Shown here in pieces: positions 1 through 12,800 of a stretch of DNA of 64,000 bases. Numbering within the stretch: position 1 is the stretch's first letter; each line of letters opens with the position of its first letter. The translations under genes and the position numbers were made by a program. The notes beneath the pieces are model-generated. The model worked only from the letters and a program-made list of their open reading frames with translations. It ran no database searches and was not told the DNA's origin. The stretch comes from Callorhinchus milii (taxonomy: Eukaryota), in contig NW_024704742.1 in the NCBI RefSeq assembly GCF_018977255.1, forward strand, positions 47,556,001-47,620,000, written 5' to 3'.

Positions 1-379
1 AAATATATTTTCCTATACCTTTCTATTTAATGATCTGTTTCCATTTTGAAATAACATATTTTGCTTACTTTTTTCCACTAGTTCCACTTTTTCCAAGAAG
101 CATTAGTATGGCCTAATTGTTTTTTTTGTGAGGGGAATTCCCTCCCTCCCACACCCCACCCACTACAAGAATCAATCAAATTTCAAAACACTCATATTTA
201 AAAGTGAAAGTAGCTTGATCTGATTCCCGGTGTCAAAGACTCACACAACACCATTCAAATTCCTGCTCCTCAAACTACCAAAAGGCAGCACAGGTACCAG
301 ACCATTCAGTAATGACTTCATGATCAATGATTAATCCAATAAATATAACCAAGAGCAGTTAAATCTGCATTCCTGGTCT

Positions 380-718
380 TAATAATAATAATCCTTGCAT
401 TTAATATAATGTCTTATCAAGTCTTCGAGACGTCTCAAAGTGCTTCACATAGTATATTGTAAAGTGAATTGTCTGCATATTTTGTGGGCAAAACAGGACA
501 GCCAGTTGCATACAGCAATGTCCCACAAACAGTCGTGGATTGAAGTGACCAACTTATTACTATTATTATTTTTTGAAGCGATCCTCCAACTGGGTTCCTA
601 CTTACTGCTGGGTAAACAGAGACGCCTGGAGTAAGAAAACTTGCCTAAGGTTTCACCCCCGCCGGGAATCAAACCCAAGTCCTCTCGCTTGCGAGGCGAG
701 TATTGTAACCACTACAGG
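380..718 (-). mobile_element. tRNA-derived SINE with L2-type tail
   Basis: A/B-box-like head, ggcaagttttcttactcca core, tail ending (TTA)n; many copies in window. Confidence 0.9.
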
Positions 719-897
719 GCAGATCTTTAGCCAAAAGGCTGAGAAGTGATCCCTGATCGTACTTCTAAAAGATAATTGTATCAAGTTGAATGAAAAACCA
801 AAATGATACACAAATTGCTTTGCTTGCTTCTTGTGCAAACTTATTGTGGTGTATATCATTTGCACATGATACAAGGAATTGTGTTTACCTCTATTTA
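653..897 (-). CDS. Putative exon 8 (terminal): [25 protein letters not shown]..., stop inside a SINE
   Basis: Acceptor tctgctttttcag, open in phase 1, IYTTI motif. An internal donor (GAG|gtaaac after 889) means the gene could instead continue left of the window. Confidence 0.55.
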
Positions 898-3800
898 CTG
901 AAAAAGCAGATCCAAGCAATTTCCATCATCCAAAAGAATAGTGCAAAAATTTAAACTTTGGGAGATTAAATTTATTGATCTGTCAGTCACTAACCTCTGA
1001 GTAATACACAAATTACAGTTTGCTTATGATTTGATTGAGCAGTTTCTTCATTGCACAAAGGTGGAAAGAAGCAGTAAAACACCTTAATGAAGTTTCATGC
1101 CATTCTGGAGAGAATTGAATTAAAATCTTGAAAAATTGTTTTACAGCACTGAAAGGGCAGCCACAAAGGAGCAGGGAGACAAAAGGCTAAAAGTGGAGAT
1201 CAGAGAGAAAATGTGGTCAGTTACTTGGCTTTCACGTCTAACTCTTGAGCGACAAAAGAAAGTGAATTGGTCTAACCTATAAATATGAAGCTTCATCATT
1301 TGCACTTTAATAATATTTTTTAATAATATTCACCAACAAAATATAGTCAATTCACTTTACAGTATATTCTGTGAACCACTTTGAGACGTCTCAATGATGT
1401 GATAAGGCGCTATATCAAATTCAGGGATTCTTATTATTATGAGAAGTGATACATTACACAAAAAATTGGTTTAAAAATAATTTACAAAGATAGTCTGTAC
1501 ATTTCAGTTAGTTTTTTTAAAAGAAATAAAGATAGATTATATTTTTAACGTCCTTCCATGCAACACATCATTCATAAGCTGTGCAGGCAAACTGCTCCTA
1601 GCTCCTCTTAATGCTGCAATGTAACTGCCCGTGAGATATGCACAAGGGCAGCCTAAGGTGAATTATATTGTGATTTTTTCTCTCCCTTTCTGTAATGAAA
1701 TTCCTTATCTCACCTCTGCTTGGCACCTCAATCTAATGACCCCATTGATGGGAACTCAGCATGCACGGTGCGAGCGGCTTTTGCTCACCCTGAGGCCACG
1801 CTGTTGTCATTGTTTGTGTGTGTCTCTCTCTCCTCTGTAGGTATTTGTGAGTGTTTCTATGAGAGTGTGTCTGAGTGTGTGTGTGAGTGTGTATCTCTCT
1901 GTGTCTGTGAGTGTTTGTGTGTGTCTATAAGTGTTTATCTCTGCGTGTGTCTCTCTCTCCTTGTCTATGAGAGTGTGTCCCACTCTGTGTCTGTGAGTGT
2001 GTGCCTCTCTATCTATGAGTTTGTGTGCCCGGCTTCATTCATCAGAGAATCGAGCACAAAACACTCATTCTCACTTTCAAAGCCCTGTCTACCTCTTCCA
2101 CTGTGCCTTTGGACATCCTCCCACCTCCACCCACTGCCCTTCACCTCTCCTGACCCCAACTCCAGCTTGAGTCCAAAAACCCCTGACTGTCTAGCGCCCT
2201 GGGACATCTTTCCGACATGAAGGACGCTATAAAAGTGTAATTTGTTGTTGTTGTTGTGTGTGTCTCTCTCTTTCTGTTAGTGTGTGTGTTTGTGAGTGTG
2301 TCTCGGTGTGTGTTACTTTCTTTGGGTTGTTTGGTGGATCTCTAGGCCTTGAAGTGTAGTGTGAGATGGAAACAGAGCATTCGGCATTCTGGCCTGCTCT
2401 GGTTTTTGCCCACACACCCCAAGCCCCAAATAGGTCACGACTTTTTGTTAAAGAAACCTTTTAAAAAAATTTGCAACAAACTAATGTGTGTTATTTCATC
2501 ATGTTCAGTTTTACCAATAAAGTGAAAACGTGTAGGTTGGCAATAAAAAGTACCTTTCAATAGCACCAATCAACTTCCTGAAAATATCCACAAAATTTGT
2601 CAAATTCCCCCCCACAATTTTTGACAAATATTTCCATAATTTTCTACTGGCCCTGACCATACTTTCATTAAATTCATTAATTACCCAAGTCTGCAGTCAG
2701 TGAAAATAAAATTCTATTCGAATGTTGATTCCTCCCATATCTTACATTCTTCCTTCCTAGAAAAAGAGAACAAATTCAATTTTTTATAGAAATAAATTCT
2801 GCCGTAACACAAAATTGAACACTAAATTTTTTACAAATTTCAACAACGTCTTTCTACGTAGCAAAGTTTGAAAATGAATTCATTGTCAATCAGCAACATT
2901 CATTTCCACTGATTCAAATAAAATTAATCAGTGTAAGATACTGACCTTTTACTTAATGGCTATGATCTAGTACTGTTGCTTGAGAACCTAAATTACCTTG
3001 AGAGTGAGCTGTAGTTTCTGCAGATTGAATTGCTCTGGAAGTGGTTAAATGATCTAATCGCCATGTCTCATTTTCTTCCTGCTGAGGTTGATTAGTTTGC
3101 CTCATGAATGCTTGACCAAGTGCAAGCTGAGTTCTTGAGATTTCCACTACATTTAAAAGAAAGTGTTGTTTAGTTTTAATGTTGTCTTTTATCACCTACT
3201 CAATACAACTGCTCATCAGTGTAAAACTTAAATGTATTAAGATTATAAGTAAACCACACAGCATGTGTAAAATAGATCTAATTAACCAAATGATTTTTAT
3301 TCTTAGTAGCATAATTAATAGACTTCACATTTCACATATTTTAAGATATAATGAATAGTTTAGGTTATATATTTGAATTTATAATAATATTTGCATACAG
3401 TGCCTTTAACATTGGGAGGACATCTCAAAGTGTTTCACAGGATTTACTGTAAAGTATAATGTGTGTATTTTGTAGGCAGATGTGGCAGCCAATTTGCGCA
3501 CAGCAATGTCCCAAAAAGCTAAAAGCTGAATGACCCAATTTTATCTGTGAGAAAACTCCCACTCCTTTTCTAATAGTGTCACAGAATCTGTAACATCCAC
3601 CAGAACAGAAGGACGGGACCTCAGTTTAATGTCTGATCTGAGAAAGGCACCTCTAACATCACTCCCTCAGCACTGTTTGGAGTGGTTAGCCTGGAGTTCA
3701 AAGTCCCAACGTAGGTCCAAACCCACAACTTGCTGATTCAGAAGTGAGACTGTTACCAGCTGAACCAGGATAAACAAGTATTATGTCATATATTCAAATT

Positions 3801-6800
3801 TGTCCTTAAAGCTAACACTTGTATTTTTTCCATTAAAGGCATTTGGTCTATTTTGTAAGTAACCTCTACTAGATGAATTTAACTTTCGTTCTTCTAAAAC
3901 TATATAACAGAAGCTTCACCTTTTCTATTGATTAAGTTGGTACAGATACTAAGTCCGTTACCATTACAACCTATCTCAAATAACATTAATTAGCCCTTAT
4001 AACAACAAAACAACAAATCACATTTGTATAGACTTTTCATATCAGGAGGACGTCCTAAGGCGCTGAGCTTTATACATTGAGCCTCTGATTTATTTCGTTT
4101 TCTGGACCTTTTCTTCATTTCCAATTTTCACTGTACTGTTGTGTTTATACTGCCCAGCAGTATAGAGATTTACACTTTTGGCTCTACTTATAGTTTGAAT
4201 TTTTTTAAAAAATGTATTTCAGCATCCACACATGTGTATTGCAATATTGGAACAACCATTGATAAAAAAAACTCTTATTTCAGGAAATGTATTTTTATCC
4301 AGACTTCTCTGAAAGTTATTTGGAAACTATGGGCTATATCCTCACCACCTGCTCCGATCAGTTTGGGTATGACTTTTCTGGATTATTTCTCAGATGCTAT
4401 ATTTCATAGGAGATGTTCCAGTTTATTCTTCTCCAAATTTTATTGTTCCTTTCTTCTAATTGTTTCTCTAAGAATGTGAGGGAGCAAATGTACTTAAGCT
4501 CTCCGAAGTATAGTGTATAGTGAAGGGCACTATATAAATGCAAGTTGTTGATATAATCTGAAACTCTTGCCCGGGATTTAAAGTATATTTCTTTTAGCCA
4601 ATGTACATTTAGATTTGACCAGTTAAGTAAAAAAAAAATTTGACCAGTTAAGAGTGGTGTACATTGCAGTCTTGAGAATATTCAAATTCCTGCCAAGAAC
4701 ATTTTTAATTTTTAATCAGATTCAATTAACAGCACATTTAGCCTATGTTTGGACCTTGATAAACTGTCTGCTTATAATTCAGGAGTCACAGTGAAAAATG
4801 GTGGCTTTCACCCAAAGGTCTATCTATATGTGTGTTAGACTCAACATCAAAGTAGTTTTTAATGTTAGACATTGAGATGTCAATTTTAGACATTTTAGAG
4901 ATTGATTATTATCCAGACATTTTTCCCACTGAGCCTTAATGTTTCATACCAGAAGTGGCATTTTGCCAACTAGGGAAATTAAAATACTGTACATATTGTG
5001 AAAAAAATATTCTTGCCTTCCATCGCATCCCAATCTTGCTACGATACCACAGGAAAATTTGCTGTACTGTTTTTAAATTATACAATTTTTCATTGTAAAA
5101 ACAAAGTGGCACAAAATCGTTTATTTCCGATAATTATTTTCCTCTTTCCAGCTTTTCCTTACTAAAAGCTGTGCCAGTTTTGAGAAGCACATTTGTGCTG
5201 CCACAAGGTGATGCTTTGTAATTAGCTTTGTGGTGCCAAAATAAAAAGGCAAAAACCATTAGCACCTCCAGTGTGTTGAAACTGGTGCCCAGAGTAACAA
5301 AGTAACAAACCAAATTAACTTAATTTGGGTACATGGCTAAAAGAAATCTAAAACTAAAACAATATTGAACAAGCATTTTATAATAATAATCCTTCCATTT
5401 GATATAGTGCCTTATCACATCGTTGAAACATCTCAAAGCGCTTCACAGAATATAGTGCAAACTGAAGGGAGTGTTTTGGGCAAAACGCGGCAGCCAATTG
5501 CACACAGTAGTGGCCCAAAAACAGTCGTGGATTGAGTGTTCAATCCTTTTTTTGGGTGGGGGGAGGGACTATTACTCACAGAAAATGATCGCCAATCGAC
5601 TAACAACCGTATTCCTACTTACTGCTCGGTAAACAAAGATGTGTGGAGTAAGGAAACTTGCCTAAGGTTTCGCCCTGCCTGGGAATCGAACCCAGGCCTC
5701 TCGCTTGCAAGGCAAGCGCACTAACCACGAAACTACGGAATAATTACTTTACCCTGAGTGGCACACATGGCAGAGTGAAGCAATGAACAAGAGTTTACAT
5801 GAACACAAGCATGCGAGGCAAACCTCATGTTGCGCGTGGTGATCATCACGCATGTAGTCCTGTAGCTCAGTGGTTAGAGCACGCGCTTTGCAAGTGAGAG
5901 ACCTGAGTTCAATTCCAGGCAGGTCAGGGCGAAACCTTGGGCAAGTTTCCTTACTCCACATGCCTAATAATAATCCCTCCAAAACCAAAAACAATAATAA
6001 AATTGGTCATTTTCAATCTACGACTGTTTGTGGGACATTGCTGTGCGCAATTGGCTGCCGCGTTCGCCCACAAATATACAGTCAATTCACTTTACAGTGT
6101 GTTCTGTGAAGCGCTTTGGGATGTCCTCCCGATGTGAAAAGCGCTATATCAAATGCAAGGATTATTATTATTATTATGTAAGTATCACGGCACGCAAGTT
6201 GAACACTTAAAAGCAGGAGCACCAAGGTCAACAACGTTGCATGTGGAAAGCAGGCGACAGAACACGCAAACTCCAAACTGTCCTGAACCCAACGAGAGAT
6301 GAATTTTTAAAACGATTCCCCCCACTTTCCCCTCCTCCCCCGGACACCCCACTTCCCTGAAACACATGGACACATCAATCGATCCCATGTGTGTGTTAAA
6401 AAAAAGTCACGTAAATTTCAATCTCTGCTTCCAATTACACTAAAATTCACCCCTTTTTGCCCCAAAATACTCCCCCCCTTCCCCCACTTTTCAATGTAAT
6501 GGTTAAATTTGCCCCTTATTATGTAAAAGGAACCACTCCTCTTACTATGAGGATGCCTACAACCAAATGGTGCTGGCATCCTCATACTCCTGTAGTATTA
6601 TCAACACGGCCAAAATAATAGCTTCAAGCATTCCACAGTAATAGGAAAACTAAAGACTGTCCTTTATTTCAACAGTATAGCTCTTGTAATTTACCCTTTG
6701 CATCAGCACACTTCAGAGAATATAGTATTCATAAAAAACAGGGTTACATTAACAAAATGTGGAATCAATAAACAAATCAAAGATTTTAAACTGGAAAAAT

Positions 6801-9800
6801 ATTGAAATGCATTTTATTAGAACATTTTGGTTTGGTATTTCTTCACAATATATTATGAATAATATATGCTTTGTGATCTGTTACATATTCAATGGAAAAT
6901 TGAGGCCAGATTCTCCATTTTCACTTTTCTGCAAGTCAGAATATTCATAAATGTTGTATTGATAGTAATAACAACCACAACAAAATTACATTTGTATAGC
7001 ACCTTTCATGTCGGGAGGACGTACCATGTGTGATATAGTAAAGAGATTTATGAATTTTGGTGAACTGATGAAAAGGAAAATTTAGTCTGCCCAAAAATAT
7101 TTCTAAAGCCTTTACATTTACTTTCAATATATATCACTTTCATGTATCCAATGCTTTTGAATTTATGAACTCACAAATTTCACAACAATTTGGGAAAGAT
7201 ATCCCTTAATGAAATTTACCTGCAGTCAGACCATTTTCATATTGACTTCTTTCAGCAATGTCTTCTCGTAAACAGGCAAAGCATGATCTACAGTTTGAAG
7301 CTAAGCAGTAGAATATATTTAATTCAGACATCATTTTGAAACATTTTCTGTCAGAAACCAGTTGAAATAAACATAAGTGTTAGGTGAAGATGAATGAACT
7401 CAAACAGAGGTAAAAATTTATGTTTTTATTGATACCTCCTCAAACTATCTAAAGATCAAATCTGATAGCTGGACTCATACATTATATGCATGTGATTGTT
7501 CTCCATTGAGGCTGTATTTTTAAGGCTGAATGATTTCCTCAGAGTAAAGATAATATTTGGGAATCTTTTACCATTTGCAGTTTGCACTACTTTCAGCAAG
7601 CATTTCAGATTGGTAAAGACAAATTGTAGACCAGGTTTCCATATTGAATGGCGCAACCTTCAGTGGTGTGAAGATACCAAGCTACACTATGAATACAATG
7701 GCAATAGAGGAATATTAACAGTGTGGTGGTGTCAGAACCTGTAGTAGCAACCTAAGGAGCTAACGCAACAAGGGATTGCATACTTGATTCCCCTCACTGC
7801 TGTTCCTAATATGCCCCATGTTCGAGTGAAGGATTAGTCATGTCTGAGTGCCCTTATACACCACCAGTACCTGGATCAAAGCAACTTCGCTGTAGGCCAC
7901 AGTTAGTGTGGAGCTTGGGGAGAAAACAGAGGAATTTCATAATCTACCAAAAAGATTGAATTTACCCAAGAATGCTGAAGGAATCATTTCAGAACAGGGA
8001 CAAAATCAATTTGCACCAAATGATTTTTTTGGTGATGAAAATGCCTTGGGACATTCTTCTGACATGAAAGCCACTATATAAATGCTGTGCCTTCTGCTCC
8101 CCTCTCGACTCTCTACCCCCTCCTCGCTCCCTCCCTTCCCTCCCCTCACCCTGACCATTTCCCCCCTGCTCGGGTCCCGACCCAACTGTCCAGCGCCTTG
8201 GGACGTCCACCCGACATGAAAGGCGATCTATAAATGCAATCTTCATGTTGTTGTTGTTGTAAATATAATTTGTTGCTGTTATCAGGGTAAGTTATGCAAG
8301 AAATGTCTATTCTCAGAATAGGTTATGTGCACAGTGGATTACAACATTGCCCTGTTTGTCTACAATATGGCTTGAATGTCAAAATGAATGGGCTGAAAGT
8401 ATTTTTTCTGTGCTTGCTGGAAATGTCTATGTGTAATGAGTTGTGACAGTTTTAATTTAATTCTTCGCAACATGTGTGCCTGAATCAGAAAACTGCTTAC
8501 AATTTAGCATGAGATTGTTGGGCCATGAAACCATGTGTGTAAGAAATTAAAGTGTGCTTGTTCAACAATGGCACCCGTTTATATTGTGCATTTCATGTAA
8601 AAGAATGTCTCGAAGTGCTTCACAAAACAAGATTAAGTAGAAATGAATAGTGATGTTATGGAGGCAAACATTCAGTAGGAGGGCTCTTTTGAGTTTGGTG
8701 TTAAGATACATTTTCTTTGTCATTGTCTAGCGATAGTAACTTTAAATGCAATCTGTTATTCTTAATCTAAACATCCTCAGTAACGACACCAAGTGTAAAA
8801 ACATTTTCCATTATTCAGCTCTATCACCCTCACTTTGATGATGAAAAATTCAGTTTTTTAAAAAGAAATCGAATTTTATGTAAAAGGGAATATAAAATAG
8901 GTCTATTTTTCTGATGAAAAAGATTGAGTTTATATGGCACTAACCTTTGCAGGATGAATCTTCTTTGAACCATTGGTAAGATATGATGATAAGTGAAATA
9001 ACACAGATTGTTGGGAATAAAGCTAACCAAATATATTCACGGGTACAATTCGGCTCTGCAGATAAAAATACAAAAAATGAAGATTACAATAAAAGATAAT
9101 TAACCATTAGTTTTTTTTAGAAGTCTAAACTGCATTTATAGATTTGCTTCCTCTGCAGAAAATATTGCAAAGAAAATAGATTTAGACCTTTACCTTGCCG
9201 CTGAACAAATATACGATTGATTACAAATATTATTTTCAAATTATATTCAAAAGTATGTTGTGATCCTAATGAAGTAGTATTGTTTTATCTACTAACAGAC
9301 CACACACAATCAAGGGTAATTTTCAATATAACTATTTATAACAATCTTACTTAATATTAGTGATAAATAGCAACTATTTGTCCAGATTTATTCTATAAAG
9401 GTAATTGACAATTTTGCCACTCAACAACAACAAAATTACATTTGTATAGCGCCTTTCACGTCGGGAGGTTTTGAAACTAAAGAAGGAGGGGGCAGAGGGA
9501 TTTCAGAAGTGAGGTCCGGAGGGTGTGGTAAATAGCTGATAGCTCGTCCACTGATGGTAATAATAATATAATAATAGTAGGACAGAGTTGTCAGGGAGCA
9601 CAAAGTAAGACATTTTTCCTGTACATTTAAAATTGTTCAAGGCAAAACCAACCTAAATACGGATCACAAACCTGCCCATAACATCACTCGCATTGCTTGT
9701 TATTTAATGTAAGGACATATTTTTCTACCAACCAGCAATAATTACACCTAGGTTGTGCTTTATGCCAGAGACATCAGGATTTAATAAGGGATTTCTAATG

Positions 9801-12800
9801 GGATTTCTCAATAAGGAAATGTGAAGTACATTTCGCAGACTCATAGGAACTTCACACTGATGCAACCTACTTCCAGAGCAAAGTTCTTGATGATTTTCCA
9901 GTTAACTGAAGGTATCCCCACTCGGTTCCTTTATTGAAGAAACTAGTTAGAAGTTGTCGCACATTAGAGCCCAAGTTGTCATACTAACCTTCTTGTTGAT
10001 CATTGCTGGATTTCTGCCATTGGACTTGTGTGAAGCACTCTGTGGTTTGTGTTCCATTTGGTGAAAGAACACTCCAGGCAACATTAATACTTTTAGGCAA
10101 AGGCTCTATAGTGCTTGTGTTGATGTCTGCAATTTAAATGTGGATAATGTATTTAGTTACAGCTGTAAGGAAACGTTCACGCATTAGAATTTTCATAAAT
10201 GCAGGACAACTTAATAAACCACAATATTGTTAAAGCTAAATAGATAAAACTAAACAGTTGAGCACAATGCTCTTGTGTTCTTAAGATAAGCTACAAATCA
10301 ATAGCGTTTTGGAATCTTTAAAGATATAAAGCTCACCCAAAAGAAGACCTAGATCCCAAATATAACAGCCTGATACAGCAGGCTAAATATGATCTCCAAT
10401 ATATAAAAATAACCCTGTATTTTTAAAGCAACTTATCACATTATAGTGTCTCTAAACACTTCATGGGTAATTACAATAACAAATGTTATTTCAGGTAAAG
10501 GTAACAGCCTGACTGAGTTGGTCGCATTCTTGTCTCTGAGTCAGGACTTGGGGCTCACTTTGGGACTCACATGGTCTAGGCTGACACTCCAACACAGTCC
10601 TGAGGGTGAACCGCATTGTTGTTGGTGCCATCCTTCAGATGAGATATTAAACCAAGGTCCCGTCTACCTGTTCCAAGTGGATGTTAAAGATCCCATGGCA
10701 CTATTCAAAAAGCAAAGGGAATGTCTCCATTATCAACTCATGGCTGTTTGTAGGACAATGCTGTCTGAAATTGGCTGCTGTTTTCACCACCAAAATTCAG
10801 TCACAATTGGCTGAAAGGCCTTCTTTTGTGGCGTAAATAAGGCGCTATATCAAATTCCTTGCATTTGATATAGCGCCTTATCATGTCTCGAAGACGTGAT
10901 AGGACGCTATATCAAATGCAAGTAATATTATTATTATTAGAATTGAGTCAACCCTCTGTGACAGTCTCTGGTTTCTGAGCTAGGTGGTACCTAACCTCAA
11001 AGAACATCTTTGGATCCCCAAGCCTTGGCTCTCACAAACCTATGTATAATAATGTCTGGAATTGGGTAAGCAGGGTTTGTCAGGGGAAAGCACACATTCC
11101 ATTGGACACAGCAAAAATTCCATGTGTGGGTGGCAAGCACGGCAATGGGTTTCCACATGTCAGACACCTGGCTGAAAAATTAGTTGACTTTATCAAACCC
11201 TTTCTTAATTTTGTAAACTTCCATTAGATTCCCCTGTATACCACTGTAAAGTAAAATGCATCATTAATACTTGATAGATTTGCAACTTACTTTGAATAGT
11301 GATTACTACATGATTAATTATAGTTTTGTAACACGGATCATTGATTACATCCATTGTGACTGTATGATGAATATCTTGGCTGGAGCTTTTCTCATTGGAA
11401 GAATTGTTGCTTGGTTGATTTCCTGCAGTAGTGTTCTGAATTTCCATTTCCATGTTACACTTCGTACTTTTCATTCCATTTGCTGAACTGTAGTTCCAGG
11501 TAGCATTAAATTTCTTGGGGAAGGGTAAGACACATCTCTTCGAAATAATGTCTCTTCCTGTGATAACATTGCTGTCTCTTACATATATTATCATGGTTGA
11601 TACTGTGTACAAATTGATAGATGTTATTAATTTGACACACAAAATAAACAAAGACCTGAAATGAGAATTCAGCAATGAATGCAGTTGAAAATGTATTTTT
11701 TTTCCAAACCAGAATTCACTGGTCTGAGTGATTTTCAATTTACTTGCATGATTCACAACAAAACTGTATAAAAAAGAAGTCATACCAAAAAGGTCATACA
11801 AGAATTTGATCATGAATGCCAGGAAAAGGTATTTTACACCCAATATTTTGCTTTCCTTCTTTCATTGCAATTTTTGCTTTAACGAGTGAAATAATTGATG
11901 GTTTTGCTGATTAATAGAATCATAGAATCATAGAATGTTACGGCACAGAAGGAGGCCATTCGGCCCATCGAGTCTGTGCTGGCTCTTTGACAGAGCAACT
12001 GACTTTTATTAACCCCACTCAGCTTTCTCCCCATAACCCTGCAAACCTGTCTTCCCCAGATACCTATCCAGTTCTCTCTTAAAAGCTGTTATCGAATCGG
12101 ACTTCACTGCCCTTTCGGGCAGATCATTCCAAATTCTAACAACTCGCTGAGTGAAAAAATTTCTTCTAACCTCTCCTCTGCTTCTTTTGGTGACCACGAG
12201 TCACAGACATACCTACCAGCGAAAATAGCTTTTCCCTATCTAGCCTGTCGAAACCTTTCATGATCTTGAAGACCTCTATCAGGTCCCCGCGTAACCTTCT
12301 CTGCTCTAATGGGAAAAGTCCTAACTTTTCCAGCCTGTCCTCATAGCTAAGGTTCCCCATTCCTGGTATCATTCTCGTGAATCTCCTCTGCACCCTTTCC
12401 AGTGCCTTAATATCCTTCCTGAGGTAAGGTGCCCAGAACTGGACACAGTACTCCAGCTGAGGCCTAACCAGTGTTTTGTACAGATTAAGCATAACCTCCC
12501 TACTCTTATACTCTATGTCCCTACTAATGAAGCTCAGTACACCAAATGCCCTTTTTACTGCCCTATCTACCTGCTCTGCCACCTTCAATGAATCGCTTAC
12601 TTGAATGCCCAAATCTCTCTGTACGTTCACCCCCCTTAAGATTGAGCTACCAAGCCTATATTGCCTCCTATCATTTTTCCTACCTAAGTGTATCACCTCG
12701 CACTTATCTACATTGAAATCCATCTGCCACATGTCAGCCCATTCCACCATTCTGTGTATGTCTGCCTGCAGTCCATCACAATCTTCTTCACTATTTACTA

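Noticed and set aside
1720..2220. 166-aa Cys/Val-rich ORF
   Set aside because: Translation of a (GT/CT) microsatellite plus an L2 tail.
5857..5935. Functional tRNA genes at SINE heads
   Set aside because: Each runs into the same SINE body and tail and lacks a proper acceptor stem.
9194..9200. 7-nt micro-exon (cag|CGGCAAG|gtaaag) between exons 4 and 5
   Set aside because: Would shift frame before the TM exon; no other support.
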